In this document: positions 1 to 10,710 of the stretch, one piece after another | How the letters are laid out: every line of letters begins with the position of its first letter | How positions within the stretch are numbered: position 1 is the stretch's first letter | DNA from: Escherichia coli | GTDB lineage: Bacteria > Pseudomonadota > Gammaproteobacteria > Enterobacterales > Enterobacteriaceae | NCBI RefSeq assembly: GCF_013122565.1 | Contig: NZ_CP053258.1 | Length of the DNA: 64,000 nt | Reading direction: 5' to 3' (one strand) | The notes under the pieces: model-generated | What the model was told of the DNA's origin: nothing | The model's database searches: none | The model's input: only the letters and a program-made list of their open reading frames with translations | Translations under genes and position numbers: made by a program

Positions 1-12
1 CAACAGGTGATT

Positions 13-1394
<1,382 letters not shown>

Positions 1395-1532
1395 AACGTG
1401 AGGAAATACCTGGATTTTTCCTGGTTATTTTGCCGCAGGTCAGCGTATCGTGAACATCTTTTCCAGTGTTCAGTATGGTGCCTTGCACGGTAATTATGTC
1501 ACTGGTTATTAACCAATTTTCCTGGGGGATAA

Positions 1533-2672
1533 ATGAGCGCGGGAAGCCCAAAATTCACCGTTCGCCGCATTGCGGCATTGTCACTGGTTTCGCTATGGCT
1601 GGCAGGCTGTTCTGACACTTCAAATCCACCAGCACCGGTCAGCTCCGTTAATGGCAATGCGCCTGCAAATACCAATTCTGGTATGTTGATTACGCCGCCG
1701 CCGAAAATGGGGACGACGTCTACAGCGCAGCAACCGCAAATTCAGCCGGTGCAGCAGCCACAAATTCAGGCTACTCAACAACCGCAAATCCAGCCAGTGC
1801 AGCCAGTAGCTCAGCAGCCGGTACAGATGGAAAACGGACGCATCGTCTATAACCGTCAGTATGGGAACATTCCGAAAGGCAGTTATAGCGGCAGTACCTA
1901 TACCGTGAAAAAAGGCGACACGCTTTTCTATATCGCCTGGATAACTGGCAACGATTTCCGTGACCTTGCTCAGCGCAACAATATTCAGGCACCATACGCG
2001 CTGAACGTCGGTCAGACCTTACAGGTGGGTAATGCTTCCGGTACGCCAATCACTGGCGGAAATGCCATTACCCAGGCCGACGCAGCAGAGCAAGGAGTTG
2101 TGATCAAGCCTGCACAAAATTCCACCGTTGCTGTTGCGTCGCAACCGACAATTACGTATTCTGAGTCTTCGGGTGAACAGAGTGCTAACAAAATGTTGCC
2201 GAACAACAAGCCAACTGCGACCACGGTCACAGCGCCTGTAACGGTACCAACAGCAAGCACAACCGAGCCGACTGTCAGCAGTACATCAACCAGTACGCCT
2301 ATCTCCACCTGGCGCTGGCCGACTGAGGGCAAAGTGATCGAAACCTTTGGCGCTTCTGAGGGGGGCAACAAGGGGATTGATATCGCAGGCAGCAAAGGAC
2401 AGGCAATTATCGCGACCGCAGATGGCCGCGTTGTTTATGCCGGTAACGCGCTGCGCGGCTACGGTAATCTGATTATCATCAAACATAATGATGATTACCT
2501 GAGTGCCTACGCCCATAACGACACAATGCTGGTCCGGGAACAACAAGAAGTGAAGGCGGGGCAAAAAATAGCAACCATGGGTAGCACCGGAACCAGTTCA
2601 ACACGCTTGCATTTTGAAATTCGTTACAAGGGGAAATCCGTAAACCCGCTGCGTTATTTGCCGCAGCGATAA
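1533..2672 (+). CDS. nlpD: Murein hydrolase activator lipoprotein NlpD (lipobox, Q/P-rich repeat linker, LysM, M23 peptidase domain)
   Basis: 379-aa ORF; signal peptide with LAGCS lipobox; LysM-like and M23 segments; immediately upstream of rpoS. Confidence 0.93.
   Translation: MSAGSPKFTVRRIAALSLVSLWLAGCSDTSNPPAPVSSVNGNAPANTNSGMLITPPPKMGTTSTAQQPQIQPVQQPQIQATQQPQIQPVQPVAQQPVQMENGRIVYNRQYGNIPKGSYSGSTYTVKKGDTLFYIAWITGNDFRDLAQRNNIQAPYALNVGQTLQVGNASGTPITGGNAITQADAAEQGVVIKPAQNSTVAVASQPTITYSESSGEQSANKMLPNNKPTATTVTAPVTVPTASTTEPTVSSTSTSTPISTWRWPTEGKVIETFGASEGGNKGIDIAGSKGQAIIATADGRVVYAGNALRGYGNLIIIKHNDDYLSAYAHNDTMLVREQQEVKAGQKIATMGSTGTSSTRLHFEIRYKGKSVNPLRYLPQR
2134..2162 (+). promoter_or_regulatory. 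Candidate major rpoS promoter inside nlpD (-35 TTGCGT, 17-nt spacer, -10 TATTCT), giving a roughly 565-nt leader
   Basis: Hexamers read directly; predicted start about 566 nt upstream of the rpoS ATG, consistent with the long rpoS leader known to originate within nlpD. Confidence 0.55.
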
Positions 2673-2734
2673 ATCGGCGGAACCAGGCTTTTGCTTGAAT
2701 GTTCCGTCAAGGGATCACGGGTAGGAGCCACCTT

Positions 2735-3727
2735 ATGAGTCAGAATACGCTGAAAGTTCATGATTTAAATGAAGATGCGGAATTTGATGAGAACGGAGTT
2801 GAGGTTTTTGACGAAAAGGCCTTAGTAGAAGAGGAACCCAGTGATAACGATTTGGCCGAAGAGGAACTGTTATCGCAGGGAGCCACACAGCGTGTGTTGG
2901 ACGCGACTCAGCTTTACCTTGGTGAGATTGGTTATTCACCACTGTTAACGGCCGAAGAAGAAGTTTATTTTGCGCGTCGCGCACTGCGTGGAGATGTTGC
3001 CTCTCGCCGCCGGATGATCGAGAGTAACTTGCGTCTGGTGGTAAAAATTGCCCGCCGTTATGGCAATCGTGGTCTGGCGTTGCTGGACCTTATCGAAGAG
3101 GGCAACCTGGGGCTGATCCGCGCGGTAGAGAAGTTTGACCCGGAACGTGGTTTCCGCTTCTCAACATACGCAACCTGGTGGATTCGCCAGACGATCGAAC
3201 GGGCGATTATGAACCAAACCCGTACTATTCGTTTGCCGATTCACATCGTAAAGGAGCTGAACGTTTACCTGCGAACCGCACGCGAGTTGTCCCATAAACT
3301 GGACCACGAACCAAGTGCGGAAGAGATCGCAGAGCAACTGGATAAGCCAGTTGATGACGTCAGTCGTATGCTTCGTCTTAACGAGCGCATTACCTCGGTA
3401 GACACCCCGCTGGGTGGTGATTCCGAAAAAGCGTTGCTGGACATCCTGGCCGATGAAAAAGAGAACGGTCCGGAAGATACCACGCAAGATGACGATATGA
3501 AGCAGAGCATCGTCAAATGGCTGTTCGAGCTGAACGCCAAACAGCGTGAAGTACTGGCACGTCGATTCGGTTTGCTGGGGTACGAAGCGGCAACACTGGA
3601 AGATGTAGGTCGTGAAATTGGCCTCACCCGTGAACGTGTTCGCCAGATTCAGGTTGAAGGCCTGCGCCGTTTGCGCGAAATCCTGCAAACGCAGGGGCTG
3701 AATATCGAAGCGCTGTTCCGCGAATAA
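2735..3727 (+). CDS. rpoS: RNA polymerase sigma factor RpoS (sigma-S/sigma-38); 330 aa from the internal ATG (MSQNTLKV), codon 33 is GAG (Glu)
   Basis: ORF translation recognised as RpoS; ORF-track start at 2699 is an upstream in-frame ATG. Confidence 0.95.
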   Translation: MSQNTLKVHDLNEDAEFDENGVEVFDEKALVEEEPSDNDLAEEELLSQGATQRVLDATQLYLGEIGYSPLLTAEEEVYFARRALRGDVASRRRMIESNLRLVVKIARRYGNRGLALLDLIEEGNLGLIRAVEKFDPERGFRFSTYATWWIRQTIERAIMNQTRTIRLPIHIVKELNVYLRTARELSHKLDHEPSAEEIAEQLDKPVDDVSRMLRLNERITSVDTPLGGDSEKALLDILADEKENGPEDTTQDDDMKQSIVKWLFELNAKQREVLARRFGLLGYEAATLEDVGREIGLTRERVRQIQVEGLRRLREILQTQGLNIEALFRE

Positions 3728-3745
3728 GTAAGCATCTGTCAGAAA

Positions 3746-3780
3746 GGCCAGTCTCAAGCGAGGCTGGCCTTTTTTCTTTT
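3746..3780 (+). terminator. Intrinsic terminator downstream of rpoS (GGCCAGTCTC..GAGGCTGGCC hairpin plus T-tract)
   Basis: Inverted repeat followed by TTTTTTCTTTT read in sequence. Confidence 0.7.
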
Positions 3781-3847
3781 GTTTGGGAAGCATGTGTTTT
3801 TGTCGCCTGGATAAGACACGTCAGCGTCCTACCCGGCAATCAGCATT

Positions 3848-4255
3848 CTATGTGTTCATCATCTTGCGCACCAACTGCATAAACAGCTCCTGCTCTTCTG
3901 CACTCAAACGCCCCAAAAATTCCTCATCCACGCTGTCACCAATGGGGATCGCCGCAGCAAGTACCTTTTCTCCTTCGGCAGTCAGCCAGACAAAGCGTCG
4001 CCGCTTGTCAGCGGCGTCATGTTCACGTCTGACTAAGCCACGATTTTCCATTCTTGCCAACATTTCTGCCAGCGTTGCTTTGGTGCTGACTGCTGCTTCT
4101 ATCAGTGCCACCTGTTCGATACCAGGCTTATCAGCAATGGCGCGCATCACCGCGTACTGTGGTTTGGTCAGGTCAGGTAACTCGTGCTGCCAGCGAGCCG
4201 TGTGCTGCTGAAAAAGCTGTCGTAACTGATGGAACGCTTTATTTCGTAACGCCAT
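3848..4255 (-). CDS. MarR/SlyA-family transcriptional regulator, divergent from the decarboxylase operon
   Basis: 135-aa ORF with winged-helix MarR-like core; position matches the slyA-like gene of the non-K-12 mutS-rpoS region. Confidence 0.8.
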   Translation of the reverse strand: MALRNKAFHQLRQLFQQHTARWQHELPDLTKPQYAVMRAIADKPGIEQVALIEAAVSTKATLAEMLARMENRGLVRREHDAADKRRRFVWLTAEGEKVLAAAIPIGDSVDEEFLGRLSAEEQELFMQLVRKMMNT

Positions 4256-4370
4256 GTAAACTCCGGGCTAATTCTCTGCCGCTATCATAGCGGTTTTTCA
4301 GTGACGAAGAAGATGTTGTTACTTTTCAGCGCTTGCCGCGATGAAAACAGAGGCGTATTTTAATAATAAC

Positions 4371-4384
4371 GTTCGTATACGAAC
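4371..4384. promoter_or_regulatory. Perfect 14-bp palindrome GTTCGTATACGAAC in the divergent promoter region, 18 bp upstream of the UbiX-like start; candidate MarR-type operator
   Basis: Palindrome read directly from sequence; position between divergent regulator and operon. Confidence 0.45.
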
Positions 4385-4401
4385 AATTTAGAGAGTAAGC
4401 A

Positions 4402-4995
4402 ATGAAACTGATCGTCGGGATGACAGGGGCCACCGGAGCGCCTCTTGGTGTGGCATTACTGCAAGCACTGCGGGAGATGCCGAATGTCGAGACTCATCTG
4501 GTGATGTCGAAGTGGGCGAAAACCACCATTGAACTGGAAACGCCTTACAGCGCCCGCGATGTTGCTGCCCTCGCTGACTTCAGCCATAACCCGGCGGATC
4601 AGGCGGCGACCATCTCCTCAGGTTCCTTTCGTACCGACGGCATGATCGTTATTCCGTGCAGTATGAAAACGCTCGCAGGTATCCGTGCCGGTTACGCCGA
4701 TGGCCTGGTAGGGCGCGCGGCGGACGTCGTGCTCAAAGAAGGCCGCAAACTGGTGCTGGTGCCGCGTGAAATGCCGCTTAGCACCATCCATCTCGAAAAT
4801 ATGCTCGCACTTTCACGCATGGGCGTGGCGATGGTGCCGCCGATGCCTGCCTTTTATAACCATCCCGAAACGGTAGATGACATTGTCCACCATGTGGTAG
4901 CCCGCGTGTTGGATCAATTTGGCCTCGAACATCCCCACGCCAGGCGCTGGCAAGGATTGCCGCAGGCCCTGAATTTTTCTCAGGAGAATGAATAA
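4402..4995 (+). CDS. UbiX/Pad1-family flavin prenyltransferase paralog (B subunit of a phenolic-acid decarboxylase system)
   Basis: 197-aa ORF with UbiX-like flavoprotein N-terminus (MKLIVGMTGATGA); stop overlaps start of the UbiD-like gene. Confidence 0.85.
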   Translation: MKLIVGMTGATGAPLGVALLQALREMPNVETHLVMSKWAKTTIELETPYSARDVAALADFSHNPADQAATISSGSFRTDGMIVIPCSMKTLAGIRAGYADGLVGRAADVVLKEGRKLVLVPREMPLSTIHLENMLALSRMGVAMVPPMPAFYNHPETVDDIVHHVVARVLDQFGLEHPHARRWQGLPQALNFSQENE

Positions 4996-6422
4996 TGGCA
5001 TTTGATGATTTACGCAGCTTTTTACTGGCGCTTGATGACCACGGCCAGTTACTGAAAATCAGCGAAGAGGTGAACGCGGAACCGGATCTGGCAGCAGCAG
5101 CTAACGCCACCGGGCGTATCGGCGATGGCGCGCCCGCGCTGTGGTTTGATAATATTCGCGGTTTTACCGATGCGCGCGTGGCGATGAATACCATCGGTTC
5201 CTGGCAGAACCACGCGATTTCCCTCGGCCTGCCGCCAAACACGCCGGTCAAAAAGCAGATTGATGAGTTTATCCGCCGCTGGGATAACTTCCCGATCGCC
5301 CCGGAGCGCCGCGCCAATCCAGCCTGGGCGCAGAACACCGTCGATGGCGACGAGATTAACCTGTTCGATATTCTGCCGCTGTTTCGTTTAAACGACGGTG
5401 ATGGCGGTTTCTATCTCGATAAAGCGTGCGTGGTTTCCCGCGACCCGCTCGATCCGGATAACTTCGGCAAGCAGAACGTCGGTATCTACCGCATGGAAGT
5501 GAAGGGCAAACGTAAGCTCGGCCTGCAACCGGTGCCGATGCACGATATCGCCCTGCATCTGCATAAAGCGGAAGAGCGCGGTGAAGATCTGCCGATTGCG
5601 ATCACCCTCGGTAACGATCCGATCATCACCCTGATGGGCGCCACCCCGCTGAAATACGATCAGTCTGAGTACGAAATGGCGGGCGCACTGCGCGAAAGCC
5701 CGTACCCGATCGCTACCGCGCCATTGACCGGTTTTGACGTGCCGTGGGGTTCTGAAGTGATCCTCGAAGGCGTTATCGAAAGCCGCAAACGTGAAATCGA
5801 AGGGCCATTCGGTGAGTTTACCGGCCACTACTCCGGCGGGCGTAACATGACCGTGGTGCGCATCGATAAAGTCTCTTACCGCACCAGGCCGATTTTCGAA
5901 TCGCTGTACCTCGGCATGCCGTGGACCGAAATCGACTACCTGATGGGGCCTGCCACCTGCGTGCCGCTTTACCAGCAACTGAAAGCCGAGTTCCCGGAAG
6001 TGCAGGCGGTAAACGCCATGTACACCCACGGCCTGCTGGCGATTATCTCCACCAAAAAACGCTACGGCGGCTTTGCCCGCGCGGTGGGGCTGCGAGCAAT
6101 GACAACGCCGCATGGTTTGGGCTACGTGAAGATGGTGATTATGGTCGATGAAGACGTTGATCCGTTCAACCTGCCACAGGTGATGTGGGCGCTCTCCTCG
6201 AAAGTGAACCCGGCGGGCGACCTGGTGCAGTTGCCGAATATGTCCGTGCTGGAACTCGACCCAGGTTCAAGCCCGGCGGGGATCACCGACAAGCTGATTA
6301 TCGACGCCACCACGCCTGTTGCCCCGGACAACCGTGGTCACTACAGCCAGCCGGTGGTGGATTTACCGGAAACCAAAGCCTGGGCTGAAAAACTGACCGC
6401 TATGCTGGCCGCACGTAAATAA
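4995..6422 (+). CDS. UbiD-family prFMN-dependent decarboxylase (C subunit)
   Basis: 475-aa ORF with UbiD-family similarity; translationally coupled to the upstream UbiX-like gene. Confidence 0.85.
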   Translation: MAFDDLRSFLLALDDHGQLLKISEEVNAEPDLAAAANATGRIGDGAPALWFDNIRGFTDARVAMNTIGSWQNHAISLGLPPNTPVKKQIDEFIRRWDNFPIAPERRANPAWAQNTVDGDEINLFDILPLFRLNDGDGGFYLDKACVVSRDPLDPDNFGKQNVGIYRMEVKGKRKLGLQPVPMHDIALHLHKAEERGEDLPIAITLGNDPIITLMGATPLKYDQSEYEMAGALRESPYPIATAPLTGFDVPWGSEVILEGVIESRKREIEGPFGEFTGHYSGGRNMTVVRIDKVSYRTRPIFESLYLGMPWTEIDYLMGPATCVPLYQQLKAEFPEVQAVNAMYTHGLLAIISTKKRYGGFARAVGLRAMTTPHGLGYVKMVIMVDEDVDPFNLPQVMWALSSKVNPAGDLVQLPNMSVLELDPGSSPAGITDKLIIDATTPVAPDNRGHYSQPVVDLPETKAWAEKLTAMLAARK

Positions 6423-6432
6423 GGAGAACAAG

Positions 6433-6669
6433 ATGATTTGTCCACGTTGTGCCGATGAACAGATTGAAGTGATGGCGAAATCGCCGGTGAAAGATGTCTG
6501 GACGGTCTACCAGTGCCAGCATTGCCTTTATACCTGGCGCGATACCGAACCGCTACGCCGCACCAGTCGCGAACATTACCCGGAAGCGTTTCGCATGACG
6601 CAGAAAGATATTGATGATGCGCCAATGGTGCCGAGCATCCCGCCGCTGCTGGCGGCAGATAAGCGTTAA
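6433..6669 (+). CDS. Small zinc-ribbon protein, D subunit of the decarboxylase cluster (CPRC...CQHC)
   Basis: 78-aa ORF, four Cys in two CxxC pairs, 10 nt downstream of the UbiD-like gene. Confidence 0.7.
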   Translation: MICPRCADEQIEVMAKSPVKDVWTVYQCQHCLYTWRDTEPLRRTSREHYPEAFRMTQKDIDDAPMVPSIPPLLAADKR

Positions 6670-6710
6670 TAAAAAAGTGCTGGGTAGAGGCTTTGCTTTA
6701 CCCGGCCACG

Positions 6711-7367
6711 TTATTTAATTTTATAAAACGATAACCGTCCACTCTCCGGCGAGCCGGTATCAATATAAACTTGATTGGCAAATGTCTGGATATTGGTAAA
6801 CATCATATGCCCGAAGATAAAACAGTCTGCACCGTTTATTTCTTTTAACTCTCCCTTGAATGATTTCTGCACGCGATCAACAGGCCAGAGTAATTCTCTT
6901 TCTGCTATTTCTTTACCAAACTGATATTCATCACCCGGATAATCCGCATGTGCGATGACATATTTTATTCTGTCGTTAGTGATTTCAATAATATGTGGAA
7001 GGTGATGAAATTTCAGCAACAGATCTATTGCCTCTTGTTGCTCTGAATCATTTAAATCGAAAAACCAGTCACCACCGCTGGCAAGCCACATGTTGCCATC
7101 GCCGGTCGCGAACGCATCCAGCGCCATTGCTTCGTGGTTGCCTTTAACGGAGATAAACCAGGGCTGGTTTAGCAGGCGCAGGACGCTAAGACTCTCCGGC
7201 CCACGATCAATATTATCGCCGACAGAAATAAGTAAGTCGGTTTCGGGGAAAAAAGAGAGTTGATGTAAACGGGATTGTAATAACTGATATTCACCATGAA
7301 TATCACCAACGACCCATATATGGCGATAGTGACGGGCATTGATTTTTTGATAGCGTGTAGATGGCAT
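6711..7367 (-). CDS. pphB: Serine/threonine protein phosphatase 2 (calcineurin-like metallophosphatase)
   Basis: 218-aa ORF with GDIHG and GNHE metallophosphatase motifs; adjacent to mutS. Confidence 0.9.
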   Translation of the reverse strand: MPSTRYQKINARHYRHIWVVGDIHGEYQLLQSRLHQLSFFPETDLLISVGDNIDRGPESLSVLRLLNQPWFISVKGNHEAMALDAFATGDGNMWLASGGDWFFDLNDSEQQEAIDLLLKFHHLPHIIEITNDRIKYVIAHADYPGDEYQFGKEIAERELLWPVDRVQKSFKGELKEINGADCFIFGHMMFTNIQTFANQVYIDTGSPESGRLSFYKIK

Positions 7368-7472
7368 GGTTTTACCCTGTAAAATAAGCTTTCCTATTAT
7401 ACAGGGTATTTTTATTTGATTCGTCAGTTGTCGTTAATATTCCCGATAGCAAAAGACTATCGGGAATTGTTA

Positions 7473-10034
7473 TTACACCAGACTCTTCAAGTGATAAATC
7501 CACTCCAGCGCCTGACGCGGGGTCAGTGAATCCGGGTCGAGATTTTCCAGCGCTTCCACCGCGGGCGAGGTTTCTTCCGGCACTGAAAGCAGCGACATCT
7601 GCGTACCATCAACCTGCGTAGCGGCGGCATTCGGCGAAATGCTCTCCAGCTCGCGCAGTTTCTGCCGCGCACGCTTGATCACCTCTTTCGGCACACCCGC
7701 CAGCGCAGCAACCGCCAGGCCGTAGCTTTTGCTCGCCGCGCCGTCCTGCACGCTGTGCATAAAGGCAATGGTATCGCCGTGCTCCAGTGCATCGAGATGC
7801 ACGTTGGCGACGCCTTCCATTTTCTCCGGTAACTGGGTCAGCTCGAAATAGTGGGTAGCAAACAACGTCAACGCTTTAATCTTATTCGCCAGATTTTCCG
7901 CGCACGCCCACGCCAGCGACAGACCATCGTAAGTGGACGTTCCACGCCCAATCTCATCCATCAGCACCAGACTGTACTCGGTGGCGTTATGTAAAATATT
8001 GGCGGTTTCGGTCATTTCCACCATAAAGGTTGAACGGCCGGAAGCCAGATCGTCCGCTGCCCCTACGCGGGTAAAGATGCGATCGATAGGTCCAATCTCG
8101 ACTTTTTGTGCCGGTACATAGCTGCCGATGTAGGCCATCAACGCAATCAGTGCGGTCTGGCGCATATAGGTACTTTTACCGCCCATATTCGGACCGGTAA
8201 TGATCAACATGCGACGCTGCGGCGACAGGTTCAGCGGGTTGGCGATAAACGGCTCATTCAGCACCTGTTCAACCACCGGATGGCGGCCTTCGGTGATGCG
8301 AATACCCGGTTTATCAATAAAGGTCGGGCAGGTGTAGTTCAGGGTATAGGCCCGCTCTGCCAGGTTAACCAGCACATCAAGTTCTGCCAGCGCGCTTGCG
8401 CTCTGTTGCAACGCTTCCAGATGCGGCAACAGCAGGTCGAACAGCTCTTCATAAAGCTGTTTTTCCAGTGCCAGTGCTTTGCCTTTTGAGGTGAGAACTT
8501 TATCTTCGTACTCTTTTAGCTCTGGAATAATGTAGCGTTCGGCGTTTTTCAGCGTCTGGCGGCGCATGTAGTTAATCGGAGCCAGGTGGCTTTGCCCACG
8601 GCTGATCTGAATGTAATAGCCATGCACCGCGTTAAAGCCAACTTTCAGCGTGTCCAGGCCGGTACGTTCACGCTCGCGGATTTCCAGACGCTCCAGATAA
8701 TCGGTCGCGCCGTCAGCCAGCGCGCGCCACTCATCCAGCTCTTCGTTATAGCCCGATGCGATAACACCACCGTCGCGTACCAGCACTGGCGGTGTGTCGA
8801 TGATTGCTCGCTCCAGCAGATCGCGCAGCTCGGCAAACTCGCCCATCTTCTCACGCAGCGCCTGTACCGGTGCACTATCGACGCCTTCCAGTTGCGCACG
8901 AAGTTCCGGCAGTTGCTGGAAAGCGTGACGCATACGGGCCAGATCGCGTGGGCGAGCGGTACGCAACGCCAGACGCGCCAGAATACGTTCCAGGTCGCCG
9001 ACCTGACGCAGTACCGGCTGCAGCTCGGCGGTGAAATCCTGCAATGCGCCAATAGTTTGCTGGCGCTCAAGCAACACGCGGGTATCGCGCACTGGCATAT
9101 GCAGCCAGCGCTTCAGCATACGGCTACCCATCGGCGTTACAGTGCAGTCGAGTACGGAAGCCAGCGTGTTTTCCGCACCACCCGCCAGATTCTGGGTGAT
9201 TTCCAGATTTCGACGCGTCGCGGCATCCATAATGATGCTGTCCTGCTCACGTTCCATGGTGATAGAACGAATATGCGGCAGGGTTGTGCGTTGGGTATCT
9301 TTCGCATACTGCAACAGACAACCGGCAGCACAAAGTCCGCGCGGCGCGTTCTCGACGCCGAAACCAATCAGATCACGAGTACCAAATTGCAGGTTCAACT
9401 GCTGGCGCGCGGTGTCGATTTCAAACTCCCACAGCGGGCGACGGCGCAGACCGCGACGACCTTCAATTAACGACATTTCAGCAAAATCTTCTGCATACAG
9501 CAGTTCCGCCGGATTAGTGCGTTGCAGTTCTGCCGCCATCGTTTCCCGGTCAGCCGGTTCGCTAAGGCGAAAACGACCGGAGCTGATATCCAGCGTCGCG
9601 TAGCCGAAACCTTTACTGTCCTGCCAGATAGCCGCCAACAGGTTGTCCTGACGCTCCTGCAACAGCGCTTCATCACTGATGGTGCCTGGCGTAACGATAC
9701 GCACAACTTTGCGCTCAACCGGACCTTTGCTGGTCGCCGGATCGCCAATTTGTTCGCAGATGGCAACGGACTCGCCCTGATTCACCAGTTTGGCGAGGTA
9801 GTTTTCCACCGCATGGTAGGGGATCCCCGCCATCGGGATCGGCTCGCCCGCTGAAGCGCCGCGTTTGGTCAGTGAAATATCCAGCAGTTGCGACGCGCGT
9901 TTTGCGTCGTCATAAAACAGTTCATAAAAATCACCCATCCGGTAAAACAGCAGGATCTCGGGATGCTGGGCTTTCAGCTTGAGATACTGCTGCATCATGG
10001 GCGTATGGGCGTCGAAATTTTCTATTGCACTCAT
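7473..10034 (-). CDS. mutS: DNA mismatch repair protein MutS
   Basis: 853-aa ORF with Walker [10 protein letters not shown] and MutS signature; recognised sequence. Confidence 0.97.
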   Translation of the reverse strand: MSAIENFDAHTPMMQQYLKLKAQHPEILLFYRMGDFYELFYDDAKRASQLLDISLTKRGASAGEPIPMAGIPYHAVENYLAKLVNQGESVAICEQIGDPATSKGPVERKVVRIVTPGTISDEALLQERQDNLLAAIWQDSKGFGYATLDISSGRFRLSEPADRETMAAELQRTNPAELLYAEDFAEMSLIEGRRGLRRRPLWEFEIDTARQQLNLQFGTRDLIGFGVENAPRGLCAAGCLLQYAKDTQRTTLPHIRSITMEREQDSIIMDAATRRNLEITQNLAGGAENTLASVLDCTVTPMGSRMLKRWLHMPVRDTRVLLERQQTIGALQDFTAELQPVLRQVGDLERILARLALRTARPRDLARMRHAFQQLPELRAQLEGVDSAPVQALREKMGEFAELRDLLERAIIDTPPVLVRDGGVIASGYNEELDEWRALADGATDYLERLEIRERERTGLDTLKVGFNAVHGYYIQISRGQSHLAPINYMRRQTLKNAERYIIPELKEYEDKVLTSKGKALALEKQLYEELFDLLLPHLEALQQSASALAELDVLVNLAERAYTLNYTCPTFIDKPGIRITEGRHPVVEQVLNEPFIANPLNLSPQRRMLIITGPNMGGKSTYMRQTALIALMAYIGSYVPAQKVEIGPIDRIFTRVGAADDLASGRSTFMVEMTETANILHNATEYSLVLMDEIGRGTSTYDGLSLAWACAENLANKIKALTLFATHYFELTQLPEKMEGVANVHLDALEHGDTIAFMHSVQDGAASKSYGLAVAALAGVPKEVIKRARQKLRELESISPNAAATQVDGTQMSLLSVPEETSPAVEALENLDPDSLTPRQALEWIYHLKSLV

Positions 10035-10280
10035 GGGGTTATGTCCGGTTCCCTGATATTAAATGGGGTGTGATGGTTTTTATTTTCGTTGTAATCACAT
10101 AAGGCGCACATGATACCGGAGTTAATCATTTCAGGGGAAGAAGCGAACGGCGAGTTCTTGATGCTGGTTCCGGGAAAGATGCTGTTTTGCAGCTTTTGCG
10201 TGATGCTTATGAAGCAAGTACGCAAAATTGTATCGGTTGAATAAACCTCCTCCTTCAGAGCCATAGTCCCCTTTCAAATT

Positions 10281-10303
10281 AAGTTGTAGTATAAATACAC
10301 CTT
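10281..10303. promoter_or_regulatory. Putative NsrR-type operator (AAGTTGTAGTATAAATACACCTT) in the ygbA promoter
   Basis: About 17 of 23 positions match the NsrR 11-1-11 inverted-repeat consensus as I recall it; ygbA is a known NsrR target. Confidence 0.4.
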
Positions 10304-10320
10304 AAGAGTATGGAGGCAGT

Positions 10321-10674
10321 ATGTCCGGCAAGCGTATCTCTCGTGAAAAACTGACGATTAAAAAAATGATCGATCTTTATCAAGCGAAATGCCCGCAGGC
10401 GTCAGCGGAGCCGGAGCATTACGAGGCGTTGTTTGTTTACGCGCAAAAGCGGCTGGATAAATGTGTGTTCGGCGAACAGAAACCAGCCTGTAAGCAGTGT
10501 CCGGTGCACTGTTACCAGCCTGCAAAGCGTGAAGAGATGAAACAGATTATGCGTTGGGCCGGGCCGAGAATGCTGTGGCGTCATCCGATCTTAACCGTGC
10601 GTCATCTCATTGATGACAAGCGTCCGGTGCCAGAACTGCCGGAAAAATATCGTCCGAAAAAACCTCGTGAATAG
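10321..10674 (+). CDS. ygbA: Nitrous-oxide-stimulated promoter family protein YgbA
   Basis: 117-aa Cys-rich ORF between mutS and fhlA. Confidence 0.85.
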   Translation: MSGKRISREKLTIKKMIDLYQAKCPQASAEPEHYEALFVYAQKRLDKCVFGEQKPACKQCPVHCYQPAKREEMKQIMRWAGPRMLWRHPILTVRHLIDDKRPVPELPEKYRPKKPRE

Positions 10675-10710
10675 TATGCCGGACAGGCAGATCTGTCCGG
10701 CAATTTGCAG

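Noticed and set aside
3783-4211. 142-aa plus-strand ORF overlapping the SlyA/MarR-like gene
   Set aside because: Antisense to a regulator with a clear MarR fold signature; Ser/Ala-rich low-complexity translation.
8586-9470. 294-aa ORF antisense to mutS, plus several shorter ones
   Set aside because: Embedded in the mutS coding region on the opposite strand with low-complexity, Arg/Gln-rich translation; no start signals.
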